This document shows positions 61,502 through 64,000 of a stretch of DNA of 64,000 nucleotides, one piece after another. Position numbers and translations under genes: made by a program. The DNA comes from Stramenopiles sp. TOSAG23-6. Taxonomy: Eukaryota. How positions within the stretch are numbered: position 1 is the stretch's first letter; the number at the start of each line of letters is the position of its first letter. A model generated the notes under the pieces. The model ran no database searches. It saw only the letters and a program-made list of their open reading frames with translations, and was not told the DNA's origin. Location: NCBI GenBank assembly GCA_900128565.1, contig LT635915.1, forward strand, positions 1 to 64,000, in the 5' to 3' direction.

Positions 61502-62489
61502 ATGCAGGCTGCTAACGATGAACCGTTTTGGGTGAAGTTTTTTGCAGGTGCAATGGCAGGATCAATAGGTGAGGTCTTTACAATGCCTTGTGAAGTAATG
61601 AAAACAAGAATGCAACTTGCCCAAGGTTCAATGTGTGCTCGTGGGCGTAACTTACAGGTAATAACAGGCATCGTACAAAGTGAAGGACCTTTAGCGTTAT
61701 GGAAAGGAGTATCACCGGGAGTTGCACGGCAGGTCATTTACTGCGGAGGGAAATTGAATATCTATGAACCAGTTCGTGACTTTTACGCGACTTTATTTGG
61801 AAATAACTCCCTCTTTGGTAGTCTTTTGGCTGGTGGAACAGCTGGAGGACTCTCTAATCTTTGTTCAAATCCTGCTGATCTATTGAAAGTTCGATTCCAG
61901 GGTGATATTACCGGGAAATTGAGTGAAAGAGGTCTCATAGCATGCTGGAGAAATTGCATTGTTAACGATGGCGTTTTGTCTCTGTGGCGGGGTTGTTCTC
62001 CAACAGGTATGTTTTATTTTTTATTTCATGTACTATTTCGTTTTTATCGTCAAGTAATATTTAATCATAAGTTAATGAGTATCCTTCTTGATATATTTCG
62101 ATACAATAGTTTTACGTGCATTTTTCATCAACTCCGTGGAACTTGGTGGCTACGATTTGAGTAAAAAGTGGTTATTATCATATTTTCCAGGTAGTGACGA
62201 TAATATTTGGCTACACTTCTCGAGTGGTGCTATATCAGGAGTCTTGGCAGCATTTATTTCGCTACCCTTTGATGTTATTAAATCACGAATGATGATAAGC
62301 GGATCACAATTCACATCTATTGGCGACTGTGTTCGTGTCACAGTTAAGCATGAAGGTTTCGGTGCATTTTTTAAAGGGTTTGTACCAGTGGCTAGTCGTA
62401 TTGTTCCTTTCAATATAGTTCAATTTATAGTATTTGAGAGAGTACGAGCATTTCTTTCAAAGGATGTAAATAATTTGTACTCAATTTAA
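61502..62489 (+). CDS. Mitochondrial carrier (SLC25; UCP/oxoglutarate-dicarboxylate-like); 2 exons (61502-62006, 62110-62489)
   Basis: Three Px[DE]xx[KR]xR signatures (PCEVMKTR, PADLLKVR, PFDVIKSR); the spliced junction gives PT|VLRAFFINSVELGGYD, as in UCP/OGC carriers. Confidence 0.9.
62007..62109 (+). other. Spliceosomal intron (103 nt, phase 1) in the mitochondrial carrier
   Basis: Donor ag|GTATGT, acceptor AATAG|tt; joins track ORFs 61463-62164 and 62088-62489 in frame. Confidence 0.88.
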
Positions 62490-62533
62490 AAAACGTTATA
62501 ATTTTATATTATTAAATAAATAGTACTTTTAAA

Positions 62534-64000
62534 TCAAACTAAATGATCCGCAGTTTCCGCACTCTCTTTGGTCTCCTTATACTTATTCGGAACGTTACCA
62601 GTATTCATTTCATGAGCTTCCTTCAATTGTTTCTCTTCGTACCAAGTAAGTAAATCCGAGTTAGTCGTTGTTTTGGCTTCGGGCGGCAGACGGAGAATAT
62701 TCGCCTCTTCTGGTTTACTTTTCCATTTTCCAGGGAATAAGAAACCTTGTTGATTTGGTGCATATATTTCACCTTTCTCTACGTAGTTGTCTCGAGCTTC
62801 TTTTGCTTCTCTTTCTCCAAGCGAAGGGTTTCTAGTATATTTTGATACANCACATAGTTTTTTTTCATCATCATATATACAAGCACCTACAATAGCAAGA
62901 CATACAACGTCACTAAGCAAATCTCTATCTTCAACGGTGGTACATATTTCAGCTCCAGAGCATGTGTTTTCTAAATAGTCGTACACGCATCCTCCAGCAG
63001 CATTTTCACATGCTTCAGCTGTATCAAGATTTTTGACAGTATCACATACAGATCCTCCAGCCCATATAATTCCAGGGGTATCATGAAGTTTTGATCCTAC
63101 TATAACACATTTATTTGTACCTTTATCAAATATACACATTTCTTCAATATCACATAAAGTATCAGTTTCAATTGTAGAGCATATTTTCTTTTCCTTTTCA
63201 GTTTTTTCTTTTTGTCCTTTCTTTGATTTTTCCATTTCTTCATTTTTAGCATCTTCTAGAGCTACTTCAGTATTATTTTCTGCGATAGCTTCATATGCAT
63301 CTACACATTCCACTGTTACCTCAGGTGATGCTATACCAAGAAATAGTGCATTTAATAACATTTTATTGTTCTCATTTACACAGACAAACATCTCTGTGAT
63401 TTGCATACTACCATTACTCATTGCACCAGCATTTGTTGGATTACCATTTGAGTCCACCCGTGCAGAATTGTTTGTTGCACCTTGATCTTCAAATCCAGTG
63501 CCATGGTTCGTATCCATATCCCACATAGGTTTACCTTTATCCAGACTAGGATCCATTAAGTGCTCATTCTTTACAGTATGTGGAAGGTCTGACAAATTTA
63601 TTTCTGCCGATGTTTCCAAATAGACAGTCTTTGCATTAAAACGCTTCATATAAGGATCATTTTGTATATTTTGCACCATTGTCGACATTTTATTTTGTCG
63701 CTCCCATTCTTCAGCTAATCCATCTAAACCTAATAAATCTTTCTCCGTGTTTGGATGTTGCTGTACCCAAATATTTTTGAGTTCCTCTTTACTTTGAAAA
63801 CGAAATGAATCTTTTGGTTCAGGCGGGATGCATCCTTTTTTTCCAGAGTTGTCATCTGAATATATTTCTGTACATTTTAACACAATACAATCCCATTTAC
63901 TCTTTGGAGTTTTAAATTTCTTATTACATGCTGCTCTCTGTTCTTTGGCAGTTTTAGATCTTTGATTATCTCTTTTCAACAACGCTTCATCTTTTTTAGT
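62534..64000 (-). CDS. 5'-partial hypothetical protein with three short Cys-rich repeats
   Basis: The frame stays open to the window end (TKKDEALLKRDN...). Repeats C-x(8-13)-C-x(5-6)-C-[IV]-[FY]-D-x5-C. Confidence 0.7.
   Translation of the reverse strand, partial: TKKDEALLKRDNQRSKTAKEQRAACNKKFKTPKSKWDCIVLKCTEIYSDDNSGKKGCIPPEPKDSFRFQSKEELKNIWVQQHPNTEKDLLGLDGLAEEWERQNKMSTMVQNIQNDPYMKRFNAKTVYLETSAEINLSDLPHTVKNEHLMDPSLDKGKPMWDMDTNHGTGFEDQGATNNSARVDSNGNPTNAGAMSNGSMQITEMFVCVNENNKMLLNALFLGIASPEVTVECVDAYEAIAENNTEVALEDAKNEEMEKSKKGQKEKTEKEKKICSTIETDTLCDIEEMCIFDKGTNKCVIVGSKLHDTPGIIWAGGSVCDTVKNLDTAEACENAAGGCVYDYLENTCSGAEICTTVEDRDLLSDVVCLAIVGACIYDDEKKLCXVSKYTRNPSLGEREAKEARDNYVEKGEIYAPNQQGFLFPGKWKSKPEEANILRLPPEAKTTTNSDLLTWYEEKQLKEAHEMNTGNVPNKYKETKESAETADHLV

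Noticed and set aside
383-62978. Numerous 60-150 aa ORFs nested in or antisense to long CDSs
   Set aside because: No recognisable motifs; they are expected shadow ORFs of real genes.

Overview
This is a gene-dense, AT-rich, very intron-poor eukaryotic nuclear segment. It is probably a heterotrophic stramenopile protist (inferred from the Rab8 N-terminus and domain content), and the scattered Ns suggest a MAG/SAG assembly. I can support 30 protein-coding genes, the last running off the window end, and only two clear GT-AG introns (Rab8 and a mitochondrial carrier). Recognisable genes include IDI1, a UBR/PRT6-type N-degron E3 ligase, a deoxynucleoside kinase, a COG0523/CobW GTPase, a PPR protein, prefoldin 4, a mitochondrial MutS1/MSH1, WBP2-like, TMEM223-like, COX11, an RluA-family pseudouridine synthase, a D-threonine aldolase-like enzyme, Rab8 and a UCP/OGC-like carrier. 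The most striking feature is architectural. Strand alternates at 27 of 29 gene junctions, including 23 in a row, giving 13 head-to-head pairs with 230-456 bp spacers. Several of these spacers carry a palindrome near their midpoint. One of the two breaks in alternation is filled by a ~189-bp tandem repeat with hairpins. Unusual proteins include a FAMeT-like/C-type-lectin receptor pseudokinase, a PDZ-AP2-IQ protein, a stand-alone Lon protease domain lacking its catalytic Lys, a FIST-LonN fusion, a CBS-TPR protein and several bacterial-like enzymes. No tRNA, rRNA, CRISPR array or transposase was recognised. All domain calls are by eye; no searches were run.
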